A program made the translations under genes and the position numbers. 64,000 bases of DNA. Origin: the human T2T-CHM13v2.0 reference genome, Homo sapiens. Shown in pieces: positions 34,701 through 49,700 of the stretch. The notes under the pieces were generated by a model, which had not been told where the DNA came from, made no database searches, and saw only the letters and a program-made list of their open reading frames with translations. Location: assembly GCF_009914755.1 (NCBI RefSeq), contig NC_060943.1; one strand, given 5' to 3'. Position 1 is the first letter of the stretch, and each line of letters begins with the position of its first letter.

Positions 34701-37700
34701 CCTCTAAAAACCAGACAGAAGCATTCCGAGAAACTTCTTTGTGATGTTTGCATTCAACTAGCAGAGTTGAACCTTCCTTTTGATAGGGCAGTTTGGAAAC
34801 ACTCTTTTTGTAGAATCTGCATGTGGATATCTGGAGCGGTTTGAGGCCTACGGTCAAAAAGGAAATATCTTCCTGGGAAAAATAGACGAAAGCATTCTCA
34901 GAAAGTGCTTTGTGATATGTGCATTCGACTCACCGAGTTGAAACTTTTTTTTGATAGAGCAGTTTTGAAACACTCTGTAGAATCTGAAAGTGGATATTTG
35001 GAGCTCTTTGAGGGCTATGGCGGAAAAGAAAATATATTCACATTAAAGTAGACAGCAGCATTCTCAGAAACTTCTTTAGGATGTTTGCAGTAAACTCACA
35101 GAGTTGAACATACCTTTCCGTAGAGCAGTTTTGAAACACTCTGTTTGTGGGATCCGCAAGTGGATATTTGGACCGCTTTGAGACCTTTGCTGGAAATGGG
35201 AATATCTTCACATATAAACTAGACAGAAGCATTCTCAGAAACTTCTTCGTGATGTGTGCATTCTACTCCCGAATTTGAATCTTCCTTTTCATGAAGCAGT
35301 TTTGAAACACTCTGTTTGTGCAATCCACAATTGGATAATTGGAACGCTTTGATGTCCATGGTAGAAAAGGAAATATCCTCATATAAAAACTAGACAGAAG
35401 GATTCACAGAAAATGCTTTGTGATGTGTGCATTCAAATCACGGAGTTGAATCTTTCTTTTGTCAGAGCAGTTTTGAAACACTGTTTCTGTGGAATCTGCC
35501 AGCGGACACTTGGAGCGCTTTGAGGGCTATGGTGGAGAAGGAAATATCTTCCCATAAAAACTAGAAAGAAGCATTCTCAGAAACATTTATGTGAAGCGTG
35601 CATTCAACTCACAGAGTTGAACCTTCCTTTGGATACAACAGTTTTGAAACACTCTTTTGAACAATTGCAGGTGAATCTTTGGAGCGCTTTGAAGCCTTTG
35701 TTGGAATTGGGAATATCTTCACACACAAACTAGCCAGAAGCATTCTCAGAAACTTCTTTGTGATGTGTGCGTTGAACCCAGAGAGATGAACCTTTCCTTT
35801 GATAGAGCAGTTTTGAAACGTGTTTTTGTAAGATCGGCAAGCGGATAATTGGCTTCGCTTTGTGTCCTTTGGTGGAAACGGGAATATCTTCTAACAAAAA
35901 CTAGACAGAAATATTCTCAGAATCTCCTTTGTGATGTGGGCATTCAACTAACACAGTTGAACATTTCTTTTCACAGAGCAGTTTTGAAACACTCTTTTGG
36001 TAGAATCTGCCAGTGGATATTTGGAGCGCTTGGAGGGCTACTGTGCCAATGGAAATATCTGCCCCTGAAAACTAGACAGAAGCATTCTCAGAAACTACTT
36101 CGTGATGTTTGCATTCAACACACAGAGTTGAACATACCTCTTCACAGAGCAGTTTTGAAAACCTCTTTCTGGAGAATCTGCAAGTGGATATTCGGACCAC
36201 TTTGAGGCCTTCATAGGAAACAGTAATATCTTCACATAAAAACTAGATAGAAGCATGGTCAGAAAGTTCTTTGTGATGTGTGAATTCAACTCACAGAGTT
36301 GAACCTTCCTTTAATAGAGCAGTTTTGAAACACTCTTTTTCTAGAATCTGCAAGTAGATATTTGGAGCGCTTTGAGGCCTTCGTTGGAAACCGGAATATC
36401 TTCACAGGAAAAGTAGATAGAGGCATTCTCAGAAACATTTTTTGTGATATGTAGACTCAACTCACAGCGTTGAACCTTTCTTTGGATGGAGCAGTTTTGA
36501 AAAACTCTTTTATCGAATCTGCAGGTAGACATTTGGGGTGCTTTGAGGGCTGTGGTGCAAAAGGAAATGTCTTCCCATAGAAACTAGACTGAAGCATTCT
36601 CAGCAACTTCTTGGTGACGTTTGCATTCATCTCACAGTGTTGAACATACCTTTCCATAGAGTGGTTTTGAAACACTGTTTTTGTAGAATCGGCAAGTGGA
36701 TATTTGGACTGCTTTGAGGCCTTCATCGGAAACGGGAATATCTTCACATAAACACTAGAGAGAAGCATTCTCAGAAACTTCTTTGTCATCTGTCCATTCA
36801 ACTCACAGAGGTGAACCTTCCTTTTTATGGAGCAGTTTTGAAACACTGTTTTTGGAGAATCTGCAAGTGGATATTTGGAGCGCTTTGAGGCCTATGGTAG
36901 AAAAAGAAATATCTGCCTCTAAAAACCAGACAGAAGCATTCCGAGAAACTTCTTTGTGATGTTTGCATTCAACTAGCAGAGTTGAACCTTCCTTTTGATA
37001 GGGCAGTTTGGAAACACTCTTTTTGTAGAATCTGCATGTGGATATCTGGAGCGGTTTGAGGCCTACGGTCAAAAAGGAAATATCTTCCTGGGAAAAATAG
37101 ACGAAAGCATTCTCAGAAAGTGCTTTGTGATATGTGCATTCGACTCACCGAGTTGAAACTTTTTTTTGATAGAGCAGTTTTGAAACACTCTGTAGAATCT
37201 GAAAGTGGATATTTGGAGCTCTTTGAGGGCTATGGCGGAAAAGAAAATATATTCACATTAAAGTAGACAGCAGCATTCTCAGAAACTTCTTTAGGATGTT
37301 TGCAGTAAACTCACAGAGTTGAACATACCTTTCCGTAGAGCAGTTTTGAAACACTCTGTTTGTGGGATCCGCAAGTGGATATTTGGACCGCTTTGAGACC
37401 TTTGCTGGAAATGGGAATATCTTCACGTATAAACTAGACAGAAGCATTCTCAGAAACTTCTTCGTGATGTGTGCATTCTACTCCCGAATTTGAATCTTCC
37501 TTTTCATGAAGCAGTTTTGAAACACTCTGTTTGTGCAATCCACAATTGGATAATTGGAACGCTTTGATGTCCATGGTAGAAAAGGAAATATCCTCATATA
37601 AAAACTAGACAGAAGGATTCACAGAAAATGCTTTGTGATGTGTGCATTCAAATCACGGAGTTGAATCTTTCTTTTGTCAGAGCAGTTTTGAAACACTGTT

Positions 37701-40700
37701 TCTGTGGAATCTGCCAGCGGACACTTGGAGCGCTTTGAGGGCTATGGTGGAGAAGGAAATATCTTCCCATAAAAACTAGAAAGAAGCATTCTCAGAAACA
37801 TTTATGTGAAGCGTGCATTCAACTCACAGAGTTGAACCTTCCTTTGGATACAACAGTTTTGAAACACTCTTTTGAACAATTGCAGGTGAATCTTTGGAGC
37901 GCTTTGAAGCCTTTGTTGGAATTGGGAATATCTTCACACACAAACTAGCCAGAAGCATTCTCAGAAACTTCTTTGTGATGTGTGCGTTGAACCCAGAGAG
38001 ATGAACCTTTCCTTTGATAGAGCAGTTTTGAAACGTGTTTTTGTAAGATCGGCAAGCGGATAATTGGCTTCGCTTTGTGTCCTTTGGTGGAAACGGGAAT
38101 ATCTTCTAACAAAAACTAGACAGAAATATTCTCAGAATCTCCTTTGTGATGTGGGCATTCAACTAACACAGTTGAACATTTCTTTTCACAGAGCAGTTTT
38201 GAAACACTCTTTTGGTAGAATCTGCCAGTGGATATTTGGAGCGCTTGGAGGGCTACTGTGCCAATGGAAATATCTGCCCCTGAAAACTAGACAGAAGCAT
38301 TCTCAGAAACTACTTCGTGATGTTTGCATTCAACACACAGAGTTGAACATACCTCTTCACAGAGCAGTTTTGAAAACCTCTTTCTGGAGAATCTGCAAGT
38401 GGATATTCGGACCACTTTGAGGCCTTCATAGGAAACAGTAATATCTTCACATAAAAACTAGATAGAAGCATGGTCAGAAAGTTCTTTGTGATGTGTGAAT
38501 TCAACTCACAGAGATGAACCTTCCTTTAATAGAGCAGTTTTGAAACACTCTTTTTCTAGAATCTGCAAGTAGATATTTGGAGCGCTTTGAGGCCTTCGTT
38601 GGAAACCGGAATATCTTCACAGGAAAAGTAGATAGAGGCATTCTCAGAAACATTTTTTGTGATATGTAGACTTAACTCACAGCGTTGAACCTTTCTTTGG
38701 ATGGAGCAGTTTTGAAAAACTCTTTTATCGAATCTGCAGGTAGACATTTGGGGTGCTTTGAGGGCTGTGGTGCAAAAGGAAATGTCTTCCCATAGAAACT
38801 AGACTGAAGCATTCTCAGCAACTTCTTGGTGACGTTTGCATTCATCTCACAGTGTTGAACATACCTATCCATAGAGTGGTTTTGAAACACTGTTTTTGTA
38901 GAATCGGCAAGTGGATATTTGGACTGCTTTGAGGCCTTCATCGGAAACGGGAATATCTTCACATAAACACTAGAGAGAAGCATTCTCAGAAACTTCTTTG
39001 TCATCTGTCCATTCAACTCACAGAGGTGAACCTTCCTTTTTATGGAGCAGTTTTGAAACACTGTTTTTGGAGAATCTGCAAGTGGATATTTGGAGCGCTT
39101 TGAGGCCTATGGTAGAAAAAGAAATATCTGCCTCTAAAAACCAGACAGAAGCATTCCGAGAAACTTCTTTGTGATGTTTGCATTCAACTAGCAGAGTTGA
39201 ACCTTCCTTTTGATAGGGCAGTTTGGAAACACTCTTTTTGTAGAATCTGCATGTGGATATCTGGAGCGGTTTGAGGCCTACGGTCAAAAAGGAAATATCT
39301 TCCTGGGAAAAATAGACGAAAGCATTCTCAGAAAGTGCTTTGTGATATGTGCATTCGACTCACCGAGTTGAAACTTTTTTTTGATAGAGCAGTTTTGAAA
39401 CACTCTGTAGAATCTGAAAGTGGATATTTGGAGCTCTTTGAGGGCTATGGCGGAAAAGAAAATATATTCACATTAAAGTAGACAGCAGCATTCTCAGAAA
39501 CTTCTTTAGGATGTTTGCAGTAAACTCGCAGAGTTGAACATACCTTTCCGTAGAGCAGTTTTGAAACACTCTGTTTGTGGGATCCGCAAGTGGATATTTG
39601 GACCGCTTTGAGACCTTTGCTGGAAATGGGAATATCTTCACGTATAAACTAGACAGAAGCATTCTCAGAAACTTCTTCGTGATGTGTGCATTCTACTCCC
39701 GAATTTGAATCTTCCTTTTCATGAAGCAGTTTTGAAACACTCTGTTTGTGCAATCCACAATTGGATAATTGGAACGCTTTGATGTCCATGGTAGAAAAGG
39801 AAATATCCTCATATAAAAACTAGACAGAAGGATTCACAGAAAATGCTTTGTGATGTGTGCATTCAAATCACGGAGTTGAATCTTTCTTTTGTCAGAGCAG
39901 TTTTGAAACACTGTTTCTGTGGAATCTGCCAGCGGACACTTGGAGCGCTTTGAGGGCTATGGTGGAGAAGGAAATATCTTCCCATAAAAACTAGAAAGAA
40001 GCATTCTCAGAAACATTTATGTGAAGCGTGCATTCAACTCACAGAGTTGAACCTTCCTTTGGATACAACAGTTTTGAAACACTCTTTTGAACAATTGCAG
40101 GTGAATCTTTGGAGCGCTTTGAAGCCTTTGTTGGAATTGGGAATATCTTCACACACAAACTAGCCAGAAGCATTCTCAGAAACTTCTTTGTGATGTGTGC
40201 GTTGAACCCAGAGAGATGAACCTTTCCTTTGATAGAGCAGTTTTGAAACGTGTTTTTGTAAGATCGGCAAGCGGATAATTGGCTTCGCTTTGTGTCCTTT
40301 GGTGGAAACGGGAATATCTTCTAACAAAAACTAGACAGAAATATTCTCAGAATCTCCTTTGTGATGTGGGCATTCAACTAACACAGTTGAACATTTCTTT
40401 TCACAGAGCAGTTTTGAAACACTCTTTTGGTAGAATCTGCCAGTGGATATTTGGAGCGCTTGGAGGGCTACTGTGCCAATGGAAATATCTGCCCCTGAAA
40501 ACTAGACAGAAGCATTCTCAGAAACTACTTCGTGATGTTTGCATTCAACACACAGAGTTGAACATACCTCTTCACAGAGCAGTTTTGAAAACCTCTTTCT
40601 GGAGAATCTGCAAGTGGATATTCGGACCACTTTGAGGCCTTCATAGGAAACAGTAATATCTTCACATAAAAACTAGATAGAAGCATGGTCAGAAAGTTCT

Positions 40701-43700
40701 TTGTGATGTGTGAATTCAACTCACAGAGTTGAACCTTCCTTTAATAGAGCAGTTTTGAAACACTCTTTTTCTAGAATCTGCAAGTAGATATTTGGAGCGC
40801 TTTGAGGCCTTCGTTGGAAACCGGAATATCTTCACAGGAAAAGTAGATAGAGGCATTCTCAGAAACATTTTTTGTGATATGTAGACTCAACTCACAGCGT
40901 TGAACCTTTCTTTGGATGGAGCAGTTTTGAAAAACTCTTTTATCGAATCTGCAGGTAGACATTTGGGGTGCTTTGAGGGCTGTGGTGCAAAAGGAAATGT
41001 CTTCCCATAGAAACTAGACTGAAGCATTCTCAGCAACTTCTTGGTGACGTTTGCATTCATCTCACAGTGTTGAACATACCTTTCCATAGAGTGGTTTTGA
41101 AACACTGTTTTTGTAGAATCGGCAAGTGGATATTTGGACTGCTTTCAGGCCTTCATCGGAAACGGGAATATCTTCACATAAACACTAGAGAGAAGCATTC
41201 TCAGAAACTTCTTTGTCATCTGTCCATTCAACTCACAGAGTTGAACCTTCCTTTTTATGGAGCAGTTTTGAAACACTCCTTTTGGAGAATCTGCAAGTGG
41301 ATATTTGGAGCGCTTTGAGGCCTATGGTAGAAAAAGAAATATCCGCCCCTAAAAACCAGACAGAAGCATTCCGAGAAACTTCTCTGTGATGTTTGCATTC
41401 AACTAGCAGAGTTGAACCTTCCTTTTGATAGGGCAGTTTGGAGACACTCTTTTTGTAGAATCTGCATGTGGATATCTGGAGCGGTTTGAGGCCTACGGTC
41501 AAAAAGGAAATATCTTCCTGGGAAAAATAGACGAAAACATTCTCAGAAACTGCTTTGTGATATGTGCATTCGACTCACCGAGTTGAAACTTTTTTTTGAT
41601 AGAGCAGTTTTGAAACACTCTGCAGAATCTGAAAGTGGATATTTGGAGCTCTTTGAGGGCTATGGCGGAAAAGAAAATATATTCACATTAAAGTAGACAG
41701 CAGCATTCTCAGAAACTTCTTTAGGATGTTTGCAGTAAACTCACAGAGTTGAACATACCTTTCCGTAGAGCAGTTTTGAAACACTCTGTTTGTGGGATCC
41801 GCAAGGGGATATTTGGACCGCTTTGAGACCTTTGCTGGAAATGGGAATATCTTCACGTATAAACTAGACAGAAGCATTCTCAGAAACTTCTTCGTGATGT
41901 GTGCATTCTACTCCCGAATTTGAATCTTCCTTTTCATGAAGCAGTTTTGAAACACTCTGTTTGTGCAATCCACAATTGGATAATTGGAACGCTTTGATGC
42001 CCATGGTAGAAAAGGAAATATCCTCATATAAAAACTAGACAGAAGGATTCACAGAAAATGCTTTGTGATGTGTGCATTCAAATCACGGAGTTGAATCTTT
42101 CTTTTGTCAGAGCAGTTTTGAAACACTGTTTCTGTGGAATCTGCCAGCGGACACTTGGAGCGCTTTGAGGGCTATGGTGGAGAAGGAAATATCTTCCCAT
42201 AAAAACTAGAGAGAAGCATTCTCAGAAACATTTATGTGAAGCGTGCATTCAACTCACAGAGTTGAACCTTCCTTTTGATACAACAGTTTTGAAACACTCT
42301 TTTGAACAATTGCAGGTGAATCTTTGGAGCGCTTTGAAGCCTTTGTTGGAAATGGGAATATCTTCACACACAAACTAGCCAGAAGCATTCTCAGAAACTT
42401 CTTTGTGATGTGTGCGTTGAACCCAGAGAGATGAACCTTTCCTTTGATAGAGCAGTTTTGAAACGTGTTTTTGTAAGATCGGCAAGCGGATAATTGGCTT
42501 CGCTTTGTGTCCTTTGGTGGAAACGGGAATATCTTCTAATAAAAACTAGACAGAAATATTCTCAGAATCTCCTTTGTGATGTGGGCATTCAACTAACACA
42601 GTTGAACATTTCTTTTCACAGAGCAGTTTTGAAACACTCTTTTGGTAGAATCTGCCAGTGGATATGTGGAGCGCTTGGAGGGCTATTGTGCCAATGGAAA
42701 TATCTGCCCCTGAAAACTAGACAGAAGCATTCTCAGAAACTACTTCGTGATGTTTGCATTCAACACACAGAGTTGAACATACCTCTTCACAGAGCAGTTT
42801 TGAAAACCTCTTTCTGTAGAATCTGCAAGTGGATATTCGGACCACTTTGAGGCCTTCATAGGAAACAGTAATATCTTCACATAAAAACTAGATAGAAGCA
42901 TTGTCAGAAAGTTCTTTGTGATGTGTGAATTCAACTCACAGAGTTGAAACTTCCTTTAATAGAGCAGTTTTGAAACACTCTTTTTCTGGAATCTGCAAGT
43001 AGATATTTGGAGCGCTTTGAGGCCTTCGTTGGAAACCGGAGTATCTTCACAGGAAAAGTAGATAGGGGCATTCTCAGAAACTTGTTTTGTGATATGTAGA
43101 TTCAACTCACAGCGTTGAACCTTTCTTTGGATGGAGCAGTTTTGAAAACCTCTTTTATCGAATCTGCAGGTAAACATTTGGGGTGCTTTGAGGGCTGTGG
43201 TGCAAAAGGAAATGTCTTCCCATAGAAACTAGACTGAAGCATTCTCAGCAACTTCTTGGTGACGTTTGCATTCATCTCACAGTGTTGAACATACCTTTCC
43301 ATAGAGTGGTTTTGAAACACTGTTTTTGTAGAATCGGCAAGTGGATATTTGGACTGCTTTGAGGCCTTCATCGGAAACGGGAATATCTTCACATAAACAC
43401 TAGAGAGAAGCATTCTCAGAAACTTCTTTGTCATCTGTCCATTCAACTCACAGAGTTGAACCTTCCTTTTTATGGAGCAGTTTTGAAACACTCCTTTTGG
43501 AGAATCTGCAAGTGGATATTTGGAGCGCTTTGAGGCCTATGGTAGAAAAAGAAATATCCGCCCCTAAAAACCAGACAGAAGCATTCCGAGAAACTTCTCT
43601 GTGATGTTTGCATTCAACTAGCAGAGTTGAACCTTCCTTTTGATAGGGCAGTTTGGAGACACTCTTTTTTTAGAATCTGCATGTGGATATCTGGAGCGGT

Positions 43701-46700
43701 TTGAGGCCTACGGTCAAAAAGGAAATATCTTCCTGGGAAAAATAGACGAAAGCATTCTCAGAAAGTGCTTTGTGATATGTGCATTCGACTCACCGAGTTG
43801 AAACTTTTTTTTGATAGAGCAGTTTTGAAACACTCTGCAGAATCTGAAAGTGGATATTTGGAGCTCTTTGAGGGCTATGGCGGAAAAGAAATTATATTCA
43901 CATTAAAGTAGACAGCAGCATTCTCAGAAACTTCTTTAGGATGTTTGCAGTAAACTCACAGAGTTGAACATACCTTTCCGTAGAGCAGTTTTGAAACACT
44001 CTGTTTGTGGGATCCGCACGTGGATATTTGGACCGCTTTGAGACCTTTGCTGGAAATGGGAATATCTTCACGTATAAACTAGACAGAAGCATTCTCAGAA
44101 ACTTCTTCGTGATGTGTGCATTCTACTCCCGAATTTGAATCTTCCTTTTCATGAAGCAGTTTTGAAACACTCTGTTTGTGCAATCCACAATTGGATAATT
44201 GGAACGCTTTGATGCCCATGGTAGAAAAGGAAATATCCTCATATAAAAACTAGACAGAAGGATTCACAGAAAATGCTTTGTGATGTGTGCATTCAAATCA
44301 CGGAGTTGAATCTTTCTTTTGTCAGAGCAGTTTTGAAACACTGTTTCTGTGGAATCTGCCAGCGGACACTTGGAGCGCTTTGAGGGCTATGGTGGAGAAG
44401 GAAATATCTTCCCATAAAAACTAGAGAGAAGCATTCTCAGAAACATTTATGTGAAGCGTGCATTCAACTCACAGAGTTGAACCTTCCTTTTGATACAACA
44501 GTTTTGAAACACTCTTTTGAACAATTGCAGGTGAATCTTTGGAGCGCTTTGAAGCCTTTGTTGGAAATGGGAATATCTTCACACACAAACTAGCCAGAAG
44601 CATTCTCAGAAACTTCTTTGTGATGTGTGCGTTGAACCCAGAGAGATGAACCTTTCCTTTGATAGAGCAGTTTTGAAACGTGTTTTTGTAAGATCGGCAA
44701 GCGGATAATTGGCTTCGCTTTGTGTCCTTTGGTGGAAACGGGAATATCTTCTAATAAAAACTAGACAGAAATATTCTCAGAATCTCCTTTGTGATGTGGG
44801 CATTCAACTAACACAGTTGAACATTTCTTTTCACAGAGCAGTTTTGAAACACTCTTTTGGTAGAATCTGCCAGTGGATATTTGGAGCGCTTGGAGGGCTA
44901 TTGTGCCAATGGAAATATCTGCCCCTGAAAACTAGACAGAAGCATTCTCAGAAACTACTTCGTGATGTTTGCATTCAACACACAGAGTTGAACATACCTC
45001 TTCACAGAGCAGTTTTGAAAACCTCTTTCTGTAGAATCTGCAAGTGGATATTCGGACCACTTTGAGGCCTTCATAGGAAACAGTAATATCTTCACATAAA
45101 AACTAGATAGAAACATTGTCAGAAAGTTCTTTGTGATGTGTGAATTCAACTCACAGAGTTGAACCTTCCTTTAATAGAGCAGTTTTGAAACACTCTTTTT
45201 CTAGAATCTGCAAGTAGATATTTGGAGCGCTTTGAGGCCTTCGTTGGAAACCGGAATATCTTCACAGGAAAAGTAGATAGAGGCATTCTCAGAAACTTTT
45301 TTGTGATATGTAGATTCAACTCACAGCGTTGAACCTTTCTTTGGATGGAGCAGTTTTGAAAAACTCTTTTATCGAATCTGCAGGTAGACATTCGGGGTGC
45401 TTTGAGGGCTGTGGTGCAAAAGGAAATGTCTTCCCATAGAAACTAGACTGAAGCATTCTCAGCAACTTCTTGGTGACGTTTGCATTCATCTCACAGTGTT
45501 GAACATACCTTTCCATAGAGTGGTTTTGAAACACTGTTTTTGTAGAATCGGCAAGTGGATATTTGGACTGCTTTGAGGCCTTCATCGGAAACGGGAATAT
45601 CTTCACATAAACACTAGAGAGAAGCATTCTCAGAAACTTCTTTGTCATCTGTCCATTCAACTCACAGAGTTGAACCTTCCTTTTTATGGAGCAGTTTTGA
45701 AACACTCCTTTTGGAGAATCTGCAAGTGGATATTTGGAGCGCTTTGAGGCCTATGGTAGAAAAAGAAATATCTGCCTCTAAAAACCAGACAGAAGCATTC
45801 CGAGAAAAGTTCTTTGTGATGTTTGCATTCAACTAGCACAGTTGAACCTTCCTTTTGATAGGGCAGTTTGGAAACACTCTTTTTGTAGAATCTGCATGTG
45901 GATATCTGGAGCGGTTTGAGGCCTACGGTCAAAAAGGAAATATCTTCCTGGGAAAAATAGACGAAAGCATTCTCAGAAAGGGCTTTGTGATATGCGCATT
46001 CGACTCACCGAGTTGAAACTTTTTTTTGATAGAGCAGTTTTGAAACACTCTGTAGAACCTGAAAGTGGATATTTGGAGCTCTTTCAGGGCTATGACGGAA
46101 AAGAAAATATATTCACATTAAAGTAGACAGCAGCATTCTCAGAAACTTCTTTAGGATGTTTGCAGTAAACTCACAGAGTTGAACTTACCTTTCCGTAGAG
46201 CAGTTTTGAAACACTCTGTTTGTGGGATCCGCAAGTGGATATTTGGACCGCTTTGAGACCTTTGCTGGAAATGGGAATATCTTCACATATAAACTAGACA
46301 GAAGAATTCTCAGAAACTTCTTCGTGATGTGTGCATTCTACTCCCGAATTTGAATCTTCCTTTTCATGAAGCAGTTTTGAAACACTCTGTTTGTGCAATC
46401 CACAATTGGATAAATGGAACGCTTTGATGCCCATGGTAGAAAAGGAAATATCCTCATATAAAAACTAGACAGAAGGATTCACAGAAAATGCTTTGTGATG
46501 TGTGCATTCAAATCACGGAGTTGAATCTTTCTTTTGTGAGAGCAGTTTTGAAACACTGTTTCTGTGGAATCTGCCAGCGGACTCTTGGAGCTCTTTGAGG
46601 GCTATGGTGGAGAAGGAAATATCTTCCCATAAAAACTAGAAAGAAGCATTCTCAGAAACATTTATGTGAAGCGTGCATTCAACTCACAGAGTTGAACCTT

Positions 46701-49700
46701 CCTTTTGATACAACAGTTTTGAAACACTCTTTTGAACAATTGCAGGTGAATCTTTGGAGCGCTTTGAAGCCTTTGTTGGAAATGGGAATATCTTCACACA
46801 CAAACTAGCCAGAAGCATTCTCAGAAACTTCTTTGTGATGTGTGCGTTGAACCCAGAGAGATGAACCTTTCCTTTGATAGAGCAGTTTTGAAACGTGTTT
46901 TTGTAAGGTCGGCAAGCGGATAATTGGCTTCGCTTTGTGTCCTTTGGTGGAAACGGGAATATCTTCTAATAAAAACTAGACAGAAATATTCTCAGAATCT
47001 CCTTTGTGATGTGGGCATTCAACTAACACAGTTGAACATTTCTTTTCACAGAGCAGTTTTGAAACACTCTTTTGGTAGAATCTGCCAGTGGATATTTGGA
47101 GCGCTTGGAGGGCTATTGTGCCAATGGAAATATCTGCCCCTGAAAACTAGACAGAAGCATTCTCAGAAACTACTTCGTGATGTTTGCATTCAACACACAG
47201 AGTTGAACATACCTCTTCACAGAGCAGTTTTGAAAACCTCTTTCTGTAGAATCTGCAAGTGGATATTCGGACCACTTTGAGGCCTTCATAGGAAACAGTA
47301 ATATCTTCACATAAAAACTAGATAGAAACATTGTCAGAAAGTTCTTTGTGATGTGTGAATTCAACTCACAGAGTTGAACCTTCCTTTAATAGAGCAGTTT
47401 TGAAACACTCTTTTTCTAGAATCTGCAAGTAGATATTTGGAGCGCTTTGAGGCCTTCGTTGGAAACCGGAATATCTTCACAGGAAAAGTAGATAGAGGCA
47501 TTCTCAGAAACTTTTTTGTGATATGTAGATTCAACTCACAGCGTTGAACCTTTCTTTGGATGGAGCAGTTTTGAAAAACTCTTTTATCGAATCTGCAGGT
47601 AGACATTCGGGGTGCTTTGAGGGCTGTGGTGCAAAAGGAAATGTCTTCCCATAGAAACTAGACTGAAGCATTCTCAGCAACTTCTTGGTGACGTTTGCAT
47701 TCATCTCACAGTGTTGAACATACCTTTCCATAGAGTGGTTTTGAAACACTGTTTTTGTAGAATCGGCAAGTGGATATTTGGACTGCTTTGAGGCCTTCAT
47801 CGGAAACGGGAATATCTTCACATAAACACTAGAGAGAAGCATTCTCAGAAACTTCTTTGTCATCTGTCCATTCAACTCACAGAGTTGAACCTTCCTTTTT
47901 ATGGAGCAGTTTTGAAACACTCCTTTTGGAGAATCTGCAAGTGGATATTTGGAGCGCTTTGAGGCCTATGGTAGAAAAAGAAATATCTGCCTCTAAAAAC
48001 CAGACAGAAGCATTCCGAGAAAAGTTCTTTGTGATGTTTGCATTCAACTAGCAGAGTTGAACCTTCCTTTTGATAGGGCAGTTTGGAAACACTCTTTTTG
48101 TAGAATCTGCATGTGGATATCTGGAGCGGTTTGAGGCCTACGGTCAAAAAGGAAATATCTTCCTGGGAAAAATAGACGAAAGCATTCTCAGAAAGGGCTT
48201 TGTGATATGCGCATTTGACTCACCGAGTTGAAACTTTTTTTTGATAGAGCAGTTTTGAAACACTCTGTAGAACCTGAAAGTGGATATTTGGAGCTCTTTC
48301 AGGGCTATGACGGAAAAGAAAATATATTCACATTAAAGTAGACAGCAGCATTCTCAGAAACTTCTTTAGGATGTTTGCAGTAAACTCACAGAGTTGAACT
48401 TACCTTTCCGTAGAGCAGTTTTGAAACACTCTGTTTGTGGGATCCGCAAGTGGATATTTGGACCGCTTTGAGACCTTTGCTGGAAATGGGAATATCTTCA
48501 CATATAAACTAGACAGAAGCATTCTCAGAAACTTCTTCGTGATGTGTGCATTCTACTCCCGAATTTGAATCTTCCTTTTCATGAAGCAGTTTTGAAACAC
48601 TCTGTTTGTGCAATCCACAATTGGATAAATGGAACGCTTTGATGCCCATGGTAGAAAAGGAAATATCCTCATATAAAAACTAGACAGAAGGATTCACAGA
48701 AAATGCTTTGTGATGTGTGCATTCAAATCACGGAGTTGAATCTTTCTTTTGTCAGAGCAGTTTTGAAACACTGTTTCTGTGGAATCTGCCAGCGGACTCT
48801 TGGAGCTCTTTGAGGGCTATGGTGGAGAAGGAAATATCTTCCCATAAAAACTAGAAAGAAGCATTCTCAGAAACATTTATGTGAAGCGTGCATTCAACTC
48901 ACAGAGTTGAACCTTCCTTTTGATACAACAGTTTTGAAACACTCTTTTGAACAATTGCAGGTGAATCTTTGGAGCGCTTTGAAGCCTTTGTTGGAAATGG
49001 GAATATCTTCACACACAAACTAGCCAGAAGCATTCTCAGAAACTTCTTTGTGATGTGTGCGTTGAACCCAGAGAGATGAACCTTTCCTTCGATAGAGCAG
49101 TTTTGAAACGTGTTTTTGTAAGGTCGGCAAGCGGATAAATGGCTTCGCTTTGTGTCCTTTGGTGGAAACGGGAATATCTTCTAATAAAAACTAGACAGAA
49201 ATATTCTCAGAATCTCCTTTGTGATGTGGGCATTCAACTAACACAGTTGAACATTTCTTTTCACAGAGCAGTTTTGAAACACTCTTTTGGTAGAATCTGC
49301 CAGTGGATATTTGGAGCGCTTGGAGGGCTATTGTGCCAATGGAAATATCTGCCCCTGAAAACTAGACAGAAGCATTCTCAGAAACTACTTCGTGATGTTT
49401 GCATTCAACACACAGAGTTGAACATACCTCTTCACAGAGCAGTTTTGAAAACCTCTTTCTGTAGAATCTGCAAGTGGATATTCGGACCACTTTGAGGCCT
49501 TCATAGGAAACAGAAATATCTTCACATAAAAACTAGATAGAAGCATTGACAGAAAGTTCTTTGTGATGTGTGAATTCAACTCACAGAGTTGAACCTTCCT
49601 TTAATAGAGCAGTTTTGAAACACTCTTTTTCTAGAATCTGCAAGTAGATATTTGGAGCGCTTTGAGGCCTTCGTTGGAAACCGGAATATCTTCACAGGAA

